Below, one piece after another: positions 27,862-40,946 of a stretch of DNA of 64,000 nucleotides. The position numbers were made by a program, and so were the translations under genes. Within the stretch, counting starts at the first letter, position 1. Every line of letters starts with the position of its first letter. This DNA is from Octopus vulgaris (lineage: Eukaryota): contig OX597815.1 of assembly GCA_951406725.2 (NCBI GenBank), positions 196,292,001 through 196,356,000 of the forward strand, read 5' to 3'. The notes under the pieces were generated by a model. That model had not been told where the DNA came from. It worked only from the letters and a program-made list of their open reading frames with translations, and did not search any database.

Positions 27862-29110
27862 CTCTCTCTCTCACTCTCTCAAACACATGCATATACATTT
27901 GCACAAGCACATAGTAATTAATATATAAGCGTACACACAAATACAAACGGACATATACATACACACACATACGCACACAAGCATACATACACGTTCGTGG
28001 GGTCAATGTTTCATCGTTTCGGGGTCGATAAAATAAGTACCAATTACGCACTGGTGTCGAGCATTTTCCCAATTTATATCACAGCTTCCGACAAGCTGTG
28101 GCATCCTTTTATGAAAAAATATTTCGCAAATTTTTACAATACTACTCACACTCCACGCGCAAACTCGAGACCGATTTAGGCATATTATTGTTTTCTTTTT
28201 GTTGTTTCTGGCCCTTCAAAACCATGGGAAAAGCCTTTTCGGTAAAAAAAATTAAAGAAAATATTCCAAAAATATCGTTAATATTTTTTTGGGGCGACGA
28301 AATTCATCGATTTAAGAGATATAGCTGTTATTTCTAGCACATGTAGAAGACAGAAGACAGAAGAGACAAGGATGAATAAGACGTGTGCGTGTGAGTTTGT
28401 AGACGCAGTAAATAATTTGAGATCGAATGCTGCGATTTCTTTGGTTAAAATTCGTAAAATTAAACTACGTTAAAGTTACGAATTACAATTTTGTTTTCAA
28501 TTTTGTTTACAATAATGTTTTCTTTTGAAACATTCTACCAGTATACGAAGTTTCAAATTGTTTAGTTAACTAGAAAATTCCGTCCATCAAACAGAAAAGA
28601 TCCCATGTTTGAGTCCATAAAATAGGATTTGACTACACCTCCATTTAGAGCACAGTTTAACATATATTTTCGTGGAAGAAGGTTTATGTTCATATAATCT
28701 GTGTTAATGGTGTAACCCTTTAAAATGGAAGATAAGAAAGTTCATTTTCGGCACTTGATGTTTTGGGAACCAGACAAAAATTGCTGCAACTCGGCTGGGA
28801 TGTGTTACCCCACCCTCCATATTCACCAGATATTGCTCCTTCGGATTTGCACTTATTCAGGTCTCGGCAGAATGATCTTAATGGTAAAAATTTCAATTCA
28901 TTGGATGACGTAGAAGGATACCTTGATGAATTTTTTGCCATGAAACCACCTCAATTCCGGGAAGAGAGTATTTTCAAGTTAAAGGAAAGATAGAGACACA
29001 ATGTGCTACAAAATGGTTCATATTTGGTTGATTAAAAATGTAATGGCAAGTAATTATTGACCTTTTTCTTTCCTTTAAAAATCGGCACGAACTTTCCGGA
29101 CAACCCAATA
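27198..29110 (+). mobile_element. Second non-autonomous mellifera-like mariner, interrupted at 27268-28604
   Basis: TA-flanked TIRs; MEDKKVHFRHLMFWE followed by TRQKLLQLGWDVLPHPPYSPDIAPSDLHLFRS; same internal deletion as the 10908 copy. Confidence 0.93.
27268..28604. mobile_element. Foldback/MITE-like DNA element with long TIRs (GGGATCTTTTCT...AGAAAAGATCCC)
   Basis: Left TIR copies at 27268 and 27547, right TIR at about 28430-28604; 6-bp TSD ATGTTT at 27262-27267 and 28605-28610. Confidence 0.88.
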
Positions 29111-29691
29111 TAATTCCAAAGACGAGGTACGACACCGTGCATTGTTTTTGACGTAGAATGATACAAAGCTATTCCTCACTTTTGACATACAGTGAGAGCA
29201 CTTTGTAAATAGTGAACTGCATTTATTTCGCGAATACTTGACATGAAAACGCATAGCATTTTTCAGTAATGTTTAAAACATAAATAGTGATAACTACATG
29301 AGTGAATATCACATTTAGTAGAACCTGAGGCTAAACGCCTTGTGATATTTAGTTACGTCCTTTCAGCTGTTCGTATTGCATCTTACCTTTCGGGTACCTT
29401 ACAACGGAAGGAATCGATTAAACTGATCACAGCACCATTCTCAGAATGTATTGCTACCTGGTGGAAGGTGAATAAGTAATCAGCATCTGAATTTTAGTGA
29501 CATGTATGGCAAAATTACCACTGGTAGTCCAACATGAATTAAATGCTCCAAGCCGTCTATTATTTAATAATAAAGTCATGTGTTTGCGTGTACATCAATA
29601 CATGTTCACTCATGGCTTCTGATTTTTATGCATGCAAATGATACGTATGTATATGTACTTATGTATGCATGCGTGCGTGACTACAAGTGCA

Positions 29692-29763
<72 letters not shown>

Positions 29764-29818
29764 TTTCGTTTGTGGATTTGGTTTGCAAGATTCTTTATAT
29801 GAGTTCGTGTGTTGAAGC

Positions 29819-30012
29819 ATATTCTGTTGTGTCTGGGGAGAGTCATTCTCTTTTAGTGCCTTATTATTTAACACAATCACCGGTAACACACTCACGTCGC
29901 AACACGCAACGAAAATTTTAGAAAATAAAAATAAGAAATAAGGGGAAATTTTAACGGTGAGTGTGTTAAATAATAAGGCACTAAAAGAGAATGGCTCTCC
30001 CCAGACACAACA

Positions 30013-30018
<6 letters not shown>
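29819..30018. repeat. Inverted repeat, ~67-bp near-perfect arms, ~65-bp spacer, between (TA)n tracts
   Basis: ATATTCTGTTGTGTCTGGGGAGAGTCATTCTCTTTTAGTGCCTTATTATTTAACAC and its reverse complement. Confidence 0.92.
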
Positions 30019-30059
<41 letters not shown>

Positions 30060-30062
<3 letters not shown>

Positions 30063-30260
30063 TTAGCTCCTACACGCAATTTTTTCTCTCCTCTTTTTTC
30101 TTCTCTCATTGTTTTTTTCTGTGTATCTTTCTGTCGAAGAGCGTAGGCTCGAAAGGTAAAGGACTTGTTCTCTTTCTATTCCTGAGCGCCATACTAATAC
30201 ATTTGATTGTTTGCACTCCACCTGCCTTCGTTTTTTGTTTATTTTCGTAAACCTTCCCGT
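30060..30260 (+). mobile_element. Penelope-like terminal repeat with hammerhead-like motif (copy 2)
   Basis: CTTT-CTGTCGA-A-GAGC-GTAG-GCTC-GAAAG-GTA-AAGG; flanked by (TA)n. Confidence 0.6.
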
Positions 30261-30298
30261 TATATATATATATACACATATATATATACATATATATA

Positions 30299-30375
<77 letters not shown>

Positions 30376-30727
30376 GCGTGTTTGTGTGTTTGTGAGTGGA
30401 ATCGACCACATGTACACCACCTGACGGTACAGCCTTATCAAAATGGATGTTGGAGTGTCGTTCTTTGCCGTTTGAGATTTCCATTGTTCTCATTTCTTTA
30501 CTAATCCGATCTCCTTACCGTTATTCTTACTGTAAATTCGTGGCTAACCACCAGTTCCCGAAAACTATTTCAATGAATAGGATGCATTAACGTAACAATT
30601 TGCCGTATTTGATAAATATTAAGACCTTTAATATTAAATTGGTCGGGAAAAAATAACTTTCATAGCATTTCCTAAAGAATAACAGAAATGTCGTTTCTTT
30701 TTGTGCATATATACATACATACATACA

Positions 30728-30805
<78 letters not shown>

Positions 30806-31854
30806 GATATATGCTTTCGTGTATAACAGAACCTATTCATCGCTGTTATCTTTGAAATCTGATGATAGCTTTGTATTCTGATAGTAGTTGAAATATCTTG
30901 TCTACTTAAATTGGATGGCCGATTATTTTCTTATTGATGGGCCCTCGTGATTGTTATTAATCAAATAAGATAATCGATATCCAAAGCTAATTTTCTGTTA
31001 CTGAAAGGAATAATATCGTGTTTCTGAAACTTTGTCTTTGTACTAAATGTGGACTAATGTGTACGGTAGATAGATTAGATATATTTCATTTATTTACTGA
31101 AGACTAATTTCTTTGTATTGAATTATCATACTTCCCCTTTGGATAACCGAGCAAGTATCGGCAATATTTAGAAGCTGTTTAAATGTCAACAAGTGCTCTG
31201 AAATATCTAGTGAATATATATTTAAAAAAAAAAAACATTAAAGGAAAACGTTTACAACCATTAACTAAATGAAATGTGTATATCATGATGAGAATGGAAC
31301 GTTGCTACTTGGAATCACAAAAAAAACCCCATTTATATATGCATATATGAACAACCAGAGTTGTTCTCTAAAATGAATTTGATCAAAGACGTTTCGCTTG
31401 CAAAAGTCTATTTACAAAGTAGAGGAATAGTTCACTCTTTGAAAATTACAGCCATAGTAATATTTGGACACAGGGCTGCAAGCTGCTGAAGAGAGCACCA
31501 ATTTAAAATTACTTTTAACGCTATACTATTCAATTTATCGTAATGGTGTGCTTCAGAGAAACATATCATTATTATGGACGATACAAGTGAAGATTGACAT
31601 AATGGGGAATTTGGGAATTTAAATGAAGTGTTTTGGCATCATATGAATCTAGAGCTAAAGAGAATCCTCGTTTTTTTTTAATACACTTTTGAGAATTGAA
31701 AATTATACGGCATTTGTAAAAATTCTAGTTGAGAATTACAAAATTCTAATGCAGCAGTTCCTAATTGTATTAAACAAGTTTGAACAATTAAATCTATTTG
31801 ACAATACTTTGCATCACACAAGGTCAGTGAAAAAATTTAAAAGGGATATTTTAC

Positions 31855-32100
31855 ATTACGTATCATAGTTATTTAAGGTTTCAGATGTGTTTCAGCAGGC
31901 GTGATCACATCACTAATGAAGAAATCTCGACAAGAACTGGCCAAAGAAATTTGCATGACATCACCAAAGCTAGACAATGGACAATGCTTGGCCATTCATT
32001 GCGCTTACCTTTGGAGAAACCTGCATGGACACTTGATGAAGAAATAGTTTTGGTGTAAATACTTTCAAGAGCTATGTTCATATGATGAGAACTACTTCCA
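31855..32100 (+). pseudogene. RTE LINE fragment
   Basis: Reads RRDHITNEEISTRTGQRNLHDITKARQWTMLGHSLRLPLEKPA, the RTE D.I.NEE...R.W.GH..R motif. Confidence 0.7.
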
Positions 32101-32134
32101 AAAACAGTTGAATGCTGTTGATATTATTATATCA

Positions 32135-32340
32135 TGAGAGTCGAGAGTGTCGTTAGCTCTCCAGAAAAATGCATAACAGTATTTCGTCCGTCTTTATATT
32201 CTGAGTTCAAATTCCGCCGGGGTCGACTTTGCTTTTCATTCTTTTGTGGTCGATAAAATAAGTACCAGTTGAACACTGGGATCGATGTAATCTACTTACC
32301 CATCCCCTAGATTTCAGGCCTTGTGCGTAAAGTAGAAATG
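32135..32340 (+). mobile_element. SINE family C variant with alternative short tail
   Basis: TTCTGAGTTCAAATTCCGCCGGGGTCGACTTTGC...AAGTACCAGTTGAACACTGGG. Confidence 0.85.
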
Positions 32341-32390
32341 CTTCTTCTTCTTCTTCTTGCTGCTGCTGCTGCTACTACTACTACTACTAT

Positions 32391-32467
<77 letters not shown>

Positions 32468-32790
32468 TATTTCAGGTTCTGTTGGAACACAAGAAGTTTT
32501 GCATGCGTAGAGTGCTTGCTACCTGCAACCTACGGCACTATTTTATCTGTCCTTTTCAGCTAGCTAATAATTTTCTGATGGTTCTGGCCATACTATGGAA
32601 GCAAGCCACTTCATACAGCCCTACTGGACACTCTATTCCGATTTCCTTTATATTCCAATGGATATCACCTGATGCTGTCCCAAAGAGCCCTACAATAACT
32701 GGTATTATTTTCACCATCCTTATTTTCCACAGTCGAGCCCTGTCGCATTTAAGAGGATTGCACATGTCTGCTTTTTTTCGCCTTTCATAT
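32468..32790 (-). pseudogene. Third R4/Dong-like 3' fragment, ending in a (TAG)n tract on its own strand
   Basis: Reads NPLK...ARLWKIRMVKIIPVIVGLFGTAS...ACFHSMARTIRKLL; abuts the (CTA)n-containing trinucleotide array at 32341-32467. Confidence 0.8.
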
Positions 32791-33296
32791 AAAGTTCGTT
32801 GCGCAAACTTTATAAGTTATGTTTAACCAACGATGTTTATTTGGCTGTTTCATAATAGCAAACGATTTCTTTACCTTTCATTTATAAATTATCCTTAATT
32901 CTGCATTTCATCGAAATTTATGGAGTCTCATCAAGAAGAAAAACGATCTTGAAGCGGATATATTATAACGTATATATAGTTTCACTCAGATGATGTCGCT
33001 TTGCAACGTATTATTTATCATATAGTTTTTTTTTCTTATTATATACAATTTGATATGAATGCCAAAAGATATAATCTATATCTTATATTTCGTAAAGTGA
33101 AACTAATTTCATTAAATACTATTTGAACACTTACTCAGACATGTGTACACACGCATACAGACATACACACACATGTACAGACAACATAAACATACATATC
33201 CATACACAACTTACACAAACAGATGTTACGATTACCAATGTACTTTCGTATTTTTGCCTGGTCATGAAATATACTAAATCTTTACTATACCCTCTG

Positions 33297-33341
<45 letters not shown>

Positions 33342-33896
33342 ATGTAGGATAAAATGTTTTCGAAAAAAATTTTATCAATGGCCAGCATACTAAAAAATAC
33401 CTTTAAAGGTTAAATTTATGAACAACTTCTAATTTCGGCATATTTGACATTAGAAATTCTTTCGTTTGCCCTTATTTATAAGTTATATATATATATATAT
33501 ATATAAATAATACGAGTTATATTACCTATATAAATAAGAAAAGCAGTCAGCAAGGTGGGTTCCTAGCATACTAGAAGAAGTCACCAAATCCTCTTAACAC
33601 AATATGTTCTCAAACATTGAAGCAAATGCCAGAATGTATGCGAGCAAGTCAAATGAAAGGAGACAAAATAGAGCAATTAACTCCATACCTTAAGATTTCG
33701 CTATCAATGATCATTAACCTAATCATCCGTAGCTCTTCAGTGAAGTCGTTGCAGGACATATAATTTACGGAAGTATATGCAAAAAGTCCTCGCGACAGAG
33801 ATCATGCATAAAGTTCCGCCAATTATGTATAAAGATACTTATTCAAATATGCACATGTTGCCGTGCTAACACCGGAAAGAAGACGGCGGTTTTTCT

Positions 33897-34308
33897 CTTA
33901 TATTCTCTTTTACTTGTTTCAGCCATTTGATTGTGGCCATGCTGGAGCACCGCCTTTAATCGAGCAAATCGACCGCGGGACTTATTCTTTTGTAAGCCCA
34001 GTACTTATTCTATCGGTCTCTTTTGCCGAACCGCTAAGTAACGGGGACATAGACACACCAGCATCGGTTGTCAAGCAATGCTAGGGGGACAAACAAAGAC
34101 ACACAAGCACACACATGCATATATATATATATACATACATATATACAACGGGCTTCTTTCAGTTTCCGTCTACCAAATCCACTCACAAGGCTTTGGTCGG
34201 CTCGAGGCTATAGTAGAAGACACTTTCCCAAGGTGCCACGCAGTGGGATTGAACCTGGAACCATGTGGTTGGTAAACAAGCTACTTACCACAGCCAATCC
34301 TCCGCCTA
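33897..34308 (-). mobile_element. SINE family B
   Basis: Full-length homology to the other copies. Confidence 0.9.
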
Positions 34309-35141
34309 ATAAATATATATATATATACACACACATATATATATATATATATGTAATCAACTGGTGAGACCGAAACAATCTCAATGCCGAAAACACATTA
34401 CAGCGCTCAAATGGTTTAAACTTACGCACCGACATCTTTACCGAAACAATTCTGCACGGTAAAGCTTCGGTTCTTCTCCCATCTAATTTTTTGACTGAAT
34501 GTAATCTGAATAATTTGCACAGGTAATATATATTTATATATATATGTATGTATATATATATAATCCATTGTAAGTCATTTGAAATGTTAAGTCTGTTTTC
34601 ACTCTTTACATCTATATATAATTTGTAGGTCTCTCTCCCTTTCTCTATCCCTGAGTGTGGGTATGTGTGTGTGTATATATTTATATAATTATCAGAGTTA
34701 GGTTGAACCAACTGCCCCGAAACTTCCATAAGCAGATAATTATATTCTGCGGCCAGATGTAGCTTAACTATTACAGTGGTATTTTTAATGCAAGCTTACA
34801 TCGTATAAGTGATTATCAAGGCTTTATTGTATTTGAGCTGATGGGGTTTTGCATTCAACGTCGTTCAATGATGTTTAAATTGGACTACAAGACATTGGCT
34901 TATAACATTGTGACTGTAACATATTGAAAATTACCAGTTCGTGAATTTATAATATACTGTTAAATGCATAGATATTTTCGAAAGACATATGTGACTGTAG
35001 GCCACTGACTGTGGCAAAGAGTAGGAGGATTTTTATGCATGATCAAATTCACGATATTGAAAAACGCATACGCTGTAACACCACTGAAATAGTTCTCTTC
35101 GAGCAAAGCTGAATAATAATAATGATGATGATGATAATAAA

Positions 35142-35197
<56 letters not shown>

Positions 35198-35231
35198 TAA
35201 TAATAATGAAAATAATAACAATAATAATAAT

Positions 35232-35787
35232 ACTGCATCACGCCCTGATGCAGTACCAGGCAGTGGTTCTCATGGCTTCTTATCTTAACTGATTGGAAGT
35301 GTTATCATGTACATTGTTTTGTCTTGGTATAAAACATGAACTACAGCAAATATTCTACTCAGTACCACAGATTTGTTTGACCTTAACCAGTTGAACATGT
35401 CCTTTAGTGGCTGACGATATGTTCATCTCTGATCATGAGTAGGAGTAGTGGGGGAGCAGCATAGCCATGTGTTGTGGGGGATTCTTTGGAGTTTGAATAA
35501 TTCACCTCTGGAAACATGGGTGGTTCGTTCAACTTCCTTAAACAACCCTTATTGAGAGACCTTTTGAGCGGGATGGGTTACTCGACCAGAAGAAAATTCT
35601 AATTGGGCCCCACCTGCAAAGTCATGTGCTGTTTAGCTTGATATGAGATCACCATGTCGCGCACATTTGGCTGTGATGCACGTGCCTAGTGTACCCTTAT
35701 CAGACGGGTAGTCATGATGGGTATACTGGGCTTCGTATATTTTACCCCAGTATCCCTTTGATGGCACGCACTGCTCTATCACTCAAT
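35232..35787 (+). repeat. Interspersed repeat X, longer copy, between (AAT)n tracts
   Basis: Homologous to 19738-20032; preceded by (AAT)n at 35112-35231. Confidence 0.8.
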
Positions 35788-35819
35788 AATAACAAAAACA
35801 ACAACGACAACAAAAATAT

Positions 35820-35962
35820 CGAAAAATACCTCAGGAATGAGAACTCAGGTTCGAAATTTCACCAAGGCACCCGATGAAGGCTGGAGGGTATATCAACCGA
35901 AAGGTTGTGTTAACAACAAACATGACGAGGACGAAATCCGTCAAATTTAAATAATGTAAATA
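35820..35962 (+). mobile_element. Penelope-like terminal repeat with mutated minimal hammerhead
   Basis: GGCAC-CCGATGA-A-GGCTG-loop-CAACC-GAAAG-GTT-GTGTT at 35866-35911. Confidence 0.55.
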
Positions 35963-36374
35963 AGGTAAATAATGTGCAAAGAATCTTTGTACCTAAATAT
36001 AATGTTCAATTCTAAATTGAGAGAAGTTATCAAATGCGTCAGGAAGCAGAAGGAACTCAGATTACCGAAAATCTGTATCTTTACAAGTCTAAGTGATAAC
36101 CCTGAGGTAAAAATATTTATAAATCCTCATTACAGAGATACCAGCCTACTATATATGTGCATGTGTGTGTTTGTGTGTGCTTGGGTGTCTGTGTGTGCGT
36201 GTGTACTGTATGTGCACTGTATGTGTGGCTGCGTGTGCATGTGCGGGCGCATGGACGCACGTTTGTGTGAATAAATGTTGTATACATATTCACAAATATA
36301 ATTGGTATCACCATATACAATGTTTACAGTCATTTGTATATGTGTTTGTGTGTTTGTGTGTACATACAAATAGA

Positions 36375-36455
36375 AAGGTAGATAAATAGATTGATAGATA
36401 GATAGGTATATATATATATATATATATATATAGGATAGATAGATAGATAGATAGG

Positions 36456-36486
<31 letters not shown>

Positions 36487-36500
36487 GTAGATATATAGAT

Positions 36501-36583
<83 letters not shown>

Positions 36584-36640
36584 TAGATAGATAGGTAGGG
36601 TAGATATATATATATATATAGAGAGAGAGATAGATAGATG
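36375..36640. repeat. Mixed (GATA)n/(TA)n microsatellite
   Basis: Direct reading. Confidence 0.95.
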
Positions 36641-37164
36641 CACACACGCTAATATAGACTTATATGATTAATACATATATGACAAATAGTTTCCACAGTG
36701 ATAAAGAGATATGTGTGGGGGGCATTATACACTTTCTTACGAAGATCCGATCTTGATTATTTCGATATTACGAATCAGAAATGAAAAGCTGAAATCGAAC
36801 AGGTTACACTGATTTACAATATGCCAGGAAATTGAGAAATCTGTCTTCATTTAAACTGGTCTTCCATTCATCTCAATCATAAACGATCTCATTCCTATAA
36901 GCAGAGACGGAACATAATAGATCTTTTCTATAAGTTTCTAATACTATCTTGCACTTTGTGTATTCATCTCTTAGGTAATAACGCTTTTCTAGTTACTGCA
37001 ATTTGATAGGAGCAATTATCTGTCTGATTCACTGATATAGCTGGGCAAATGAAAATATGAAAGTAACGTATAATACGTACACACTCAGATGTATACACAC
37101 AATCACACATACACATGTATACATGGGCGCACACACAAATAACTATATACATCTGTGAAGTGCG

Positions 37165-37199
<35 letters not shown>

Positions 37200-37223
<24 letters not shown>

Positions 37224-37900
37224 TTGTGTGTTTGTATGTGTATGTGTGAGTGTGTCCGTGTTTGTGTGTGTGTGTATGTGTGAGTGTGTCCGTGTTTGTG
37301 TGTGTGTGTGTATGTGTACGTGTGCGTGTGTGCGTGTGTCCCTGCTTGTGTGTTTGTATGTGTATGTGTGAGTGTGTCTGTGTTTGTGTGTGTGTATGTG
37401 TTTGTGTGTCCGTGTTTGTGTATGTGTGTTTGTATGTGTACGTGTGCGTGTATGCGTGTGTTCCTGCTTGTGTGTTTGTATGTGTATGTGTGAGTGTGTC
37501 CGTGTTTGTCTGTGTGTATGTGTACGTGTGCGTGTATGCGTGTGTCCCTGTTTGTGTGTTTGTATGTGTGTGTGTGAGTGTGTCCGTGTTTGTGTGTGTG
37601 TATGTCTACGTGTGCGTGTATGCGTGTGTCCCTGTTTGTGTGTTTGTATGTGTATGTGTGAGTGTGTCCGTGTTTGTGTGTGTGTATGTGTACGTGTGCG
37701 TCTATGCGTGTGTCCCTGTTTGTGTGTTTGTATGTGTATGTGTGAGTGTGTCCGTGTTTGTGTGTGTGTTTGTATATGTATGTGTGAGTGTGTCCGTGTT
37801 TGTGTGTGTGTACGTGTGCGTGTATGCGTGTGTCCGTGTTTGACTGTATGTGTAGGTGTGCGTATGTCCGTGTTGGTGTGTCTGTGTGTGCGTGCGTGTT
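37200..37900. repeat. 84-bp-period minisatellite built from (TG)n
   Basis: The marker AGTGTGTCCGTG recurs at 37493, 37577, 37661 and 37745. Confidence 0.9.
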
Positions 37901-38524
37901 GTAAATACATATGTATATATGTGTGTATAATATATACATATGTGTACACTTATACTTGTATATGTGTATGTATGTGTGTGGACGTGTTGGTGTCTGTATT
38001 TGTTTGTAAATATTATGTATGCGCTTGTATCTCAATATATGCATAATTAAATGCACGAGCACGACCAGTAAGTATGCAGCATAACATGGCAATAATAGGA
38101 ATAAAGAAGAACTTTGTAATAATACTAAATGATGTTGTTGCCTGCAGGTAGATGCATGTAATGGAATTACCTCTCGAAGCGTATAAGCACATTATTGTTG
38201 GCTCTTCTATTGCTCATGCATACCCACGTCTCTAACCGTACAGTTTATACATACCTTCATAAACATACAGATACACATTTACACACCTACACAATGTAAT
38301 ATTGTTGTCTTTTGCAAATCTATACACATAGAAACGCGAATAAAATGAATAACAGTAAGATCGTGGTTAATGCAATCTTATTTCTATTAAAGATTTCTTT
38401 CTTATGCAATTCGATTCTTTGTAGGAAAATATTCAGATGATCTCCGACGGCTTATTTCACCTTCATTCTGTTAATTAATTCAGGGTGGTAAATTTAAGCT
38501 GTTTATATATTTAATATCACAAAT

Positions 38525-38940
38525 AGGCGCAGGAGTGGCTGTGTGGTAAGTAGCTTGCTAACCAACCACATGGTTCCGGGTTCAGTCCCACTGCGTGGCA
38601 TCTTGGGCAAGTGTCTTCTGCTATAGTCTCGGGCCGACCAATGCCTTGTGAGTGGATTTGGTAGACGGAAACTGAAAGAAGCCTGTCGTAAAAATGTATA
38701 TATATATATGTATGTGTGTGTGTGTGTATGTTTGTGTGTCTGTGTTTGTCCCCCCAACTTTGCTTGACAACCGATGCTGGTGTGTTTATGTCCCCGTCAC
38801 TTAGCGGTTCGGCAAAAAAGAGACCGATAGAATAAGTACTGGGCTTACAAATGAATAAGTCCCGGGGTCGATTTGCTCGACTAAAGGCGGTGCTCCTGCA
38901 TGGCTGTAGTCAAATGACTGAAACAAGTAAAAAAAAAAAA
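38525..38940 (+). mobile_element. SINE family B, full length
   Basis: tRNA-like head, internal microsatellite, tail ...AATGACTGAAACAAGTAAAA. Confidence 0.93.
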
Positions 38941-40572
38941 GAAATATAGTGTGCTTTTATTAGTATTCAGTCTATGGGAAGCATTCTGCTTTAGGTCTCT
39001 GGCCCGTATTGTCTCTATAAATTTAAGTCTGTTCTTCGTCTAGTCCTATGACAAAACGGAAAGCAAAATTCATGCTGCCATATAAAAGATTATGTATGAC
39101 GACTTTTTCAAACCAAAATCAGACTCTTTTACTCTTTCAAATACTGATACTAATGTGTCACGAGATTGCAATTAACATACCTATTTCAAACTTGAAGCCT
39201 TTAATAAAAAAAAATTGATTACGCGTATCATTGGTTCTTAGATTGATATTCATTGATGCATTGGACAATCTGTCCATTATTGTTTTCTCTTTTGTCTATT
39301 TCTGTGTTACAGTGATTTCATAAAATTCAACGATTCACAAATAAAATTCGCTTTTAACAACTCTATGTGCTTGTGATAAACGCCTCACTTGAGGATGAAA
39401 ACAACCTTTATTACGTGCCTGGCTGAAATATTGTACAGATTGTAATACACGTACTTCTTTTTCATCTTAATAGTTCCCTATTTTTCTTTGAAATCACGTT
39501 ACATGTCAGCGGTTGTAAGGTTCACTATTTTGACTTCATACCTCTATCTGTTCTTGGTAGTGGTATTTATAACAAAATATATTTATCTGAATACATGAAA
39601 TATGTCAATGTAAAGCATTGTTTAATACATGAAATTTGTCATTTACAGCATTCATTAAAAGATCCATTCTCTTCTATCTGTGATTGTAATATCCCGTTTT
39701 AATAATTTTTAAGTTGAAAATATGAAAGCTGAAATAAATTTAGTTGAAATTTCTTGCAGGCTACTAGACAAAATATAGACTCATACTTGTATATGTGAAA
39801 CTTATGTTACAGACAGAGTAATATACAAGATTGGATGCATTCCACTTAACATCTTTTTCTGTCCCCCCCCTCCCCAATTTTTTTCTTTAAGTGTCTATCA
39901 TAGGTAGATATGCCCTGAAATCATGCTTCCTATTAATGATAACACGAAGAATTGAAGCATGTAGAAATAATGTTTTACATAATGGAAATCTAGTAGTTGA
40001 TTTCAAATTTGCAATGGCAGCATGTCAAATCAATCTATTCATTTCCGAAGGAAAGGACAAGTCAAAGATTTGTAGAAGAATAAACGCTGATTATATGATC
40101 TCTTCCTCTGTTTTCTCCATTTAACTGTCTTTCCCTTTTTTCTTTCTTTCTTTATCGCTTTCTTTATTTCTCTTTCTCGCACTCTCCTCTTCCACCTCTG
40201 TCTATTTCTTTCTTGCTTTGGAAACTGATCTCCCAAAACCTACTGTTAGCCAAAATTTCGAGACGTTAATACCCACATGGAAAACGACGGGACCGTTAGA
40301 ATCATACGGTAAATTAGCCAGCGAATTTGAATATTTGAACCACAATTCAATAGATTCATTTCCATTTTGAACCAAACATGACAACAAATCTTGTGCACCA
40401 TATTACGCGACTTGAATATTGTAAATAATATTACTTAAATTAAAGTGCATAATTTAAATAGAGTTTCCTTTTGTACACCCCTACTGGATTGTAAATTTTT
40501 TCTCATTTCTCTTTTTTTTGTTGTTGTTTCTAACTTGGAAAAGACAGCATCTCATTTAAATTTTATTTCTGA

Positions 40573-40946
40573 CTAGCAGTATCGCCCGGCGTTGCTCGGG
40601 TTTGTAAGGGAAATAACTAAATAAGCATTTTTAGAGAGTTATAGCCAAAAAATAGCAAAAATGCATTAAAAATGGGAAAAAAATTATGGTAAATATTTTT
40701 TTAAATCGTTGACTTATCGTAGACATTTTTAGAGAGTTACTTCCCTTATATAATAGCGAAAAAATGCATTAAAATGCATTAAAATCGTAGACTCATCGTA
40801 GACGCGCGCTAATACCCAGAAGGGCTCGATATGAATCACGACTATAAGATACCCAGTTTTGGTTAAACTGCACCGCAAAATGTGGGAGTAGTTAGGAATC
40901 TAAATCGTAGGAGACAGACACACAACCTTTCTTTTATATATAAAGA
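40573..40946 (-). mobile_element. Non-autonomous Helitron
   Basis: Minus strand 5' TCTTTATATATAAAAG, 3' CCCGAGCAACGCCGGG hairpin then CTAG; inserted between A and T with no TSD. Confidence 0.88.

Noticed and set aside
34360-34480. Repeated CCGAAA(C) motifs suggesting transposon subterminal repeats
   Set aside because: Only three or four loose copies and no termini identified.
37103-38092. Longest ORF (329 aa, His/Thr-rich) as a metal-binding or structural protein
   Set aside because: Fully explained by the 84-bp TG minisatellite; several frames on both strands are open.
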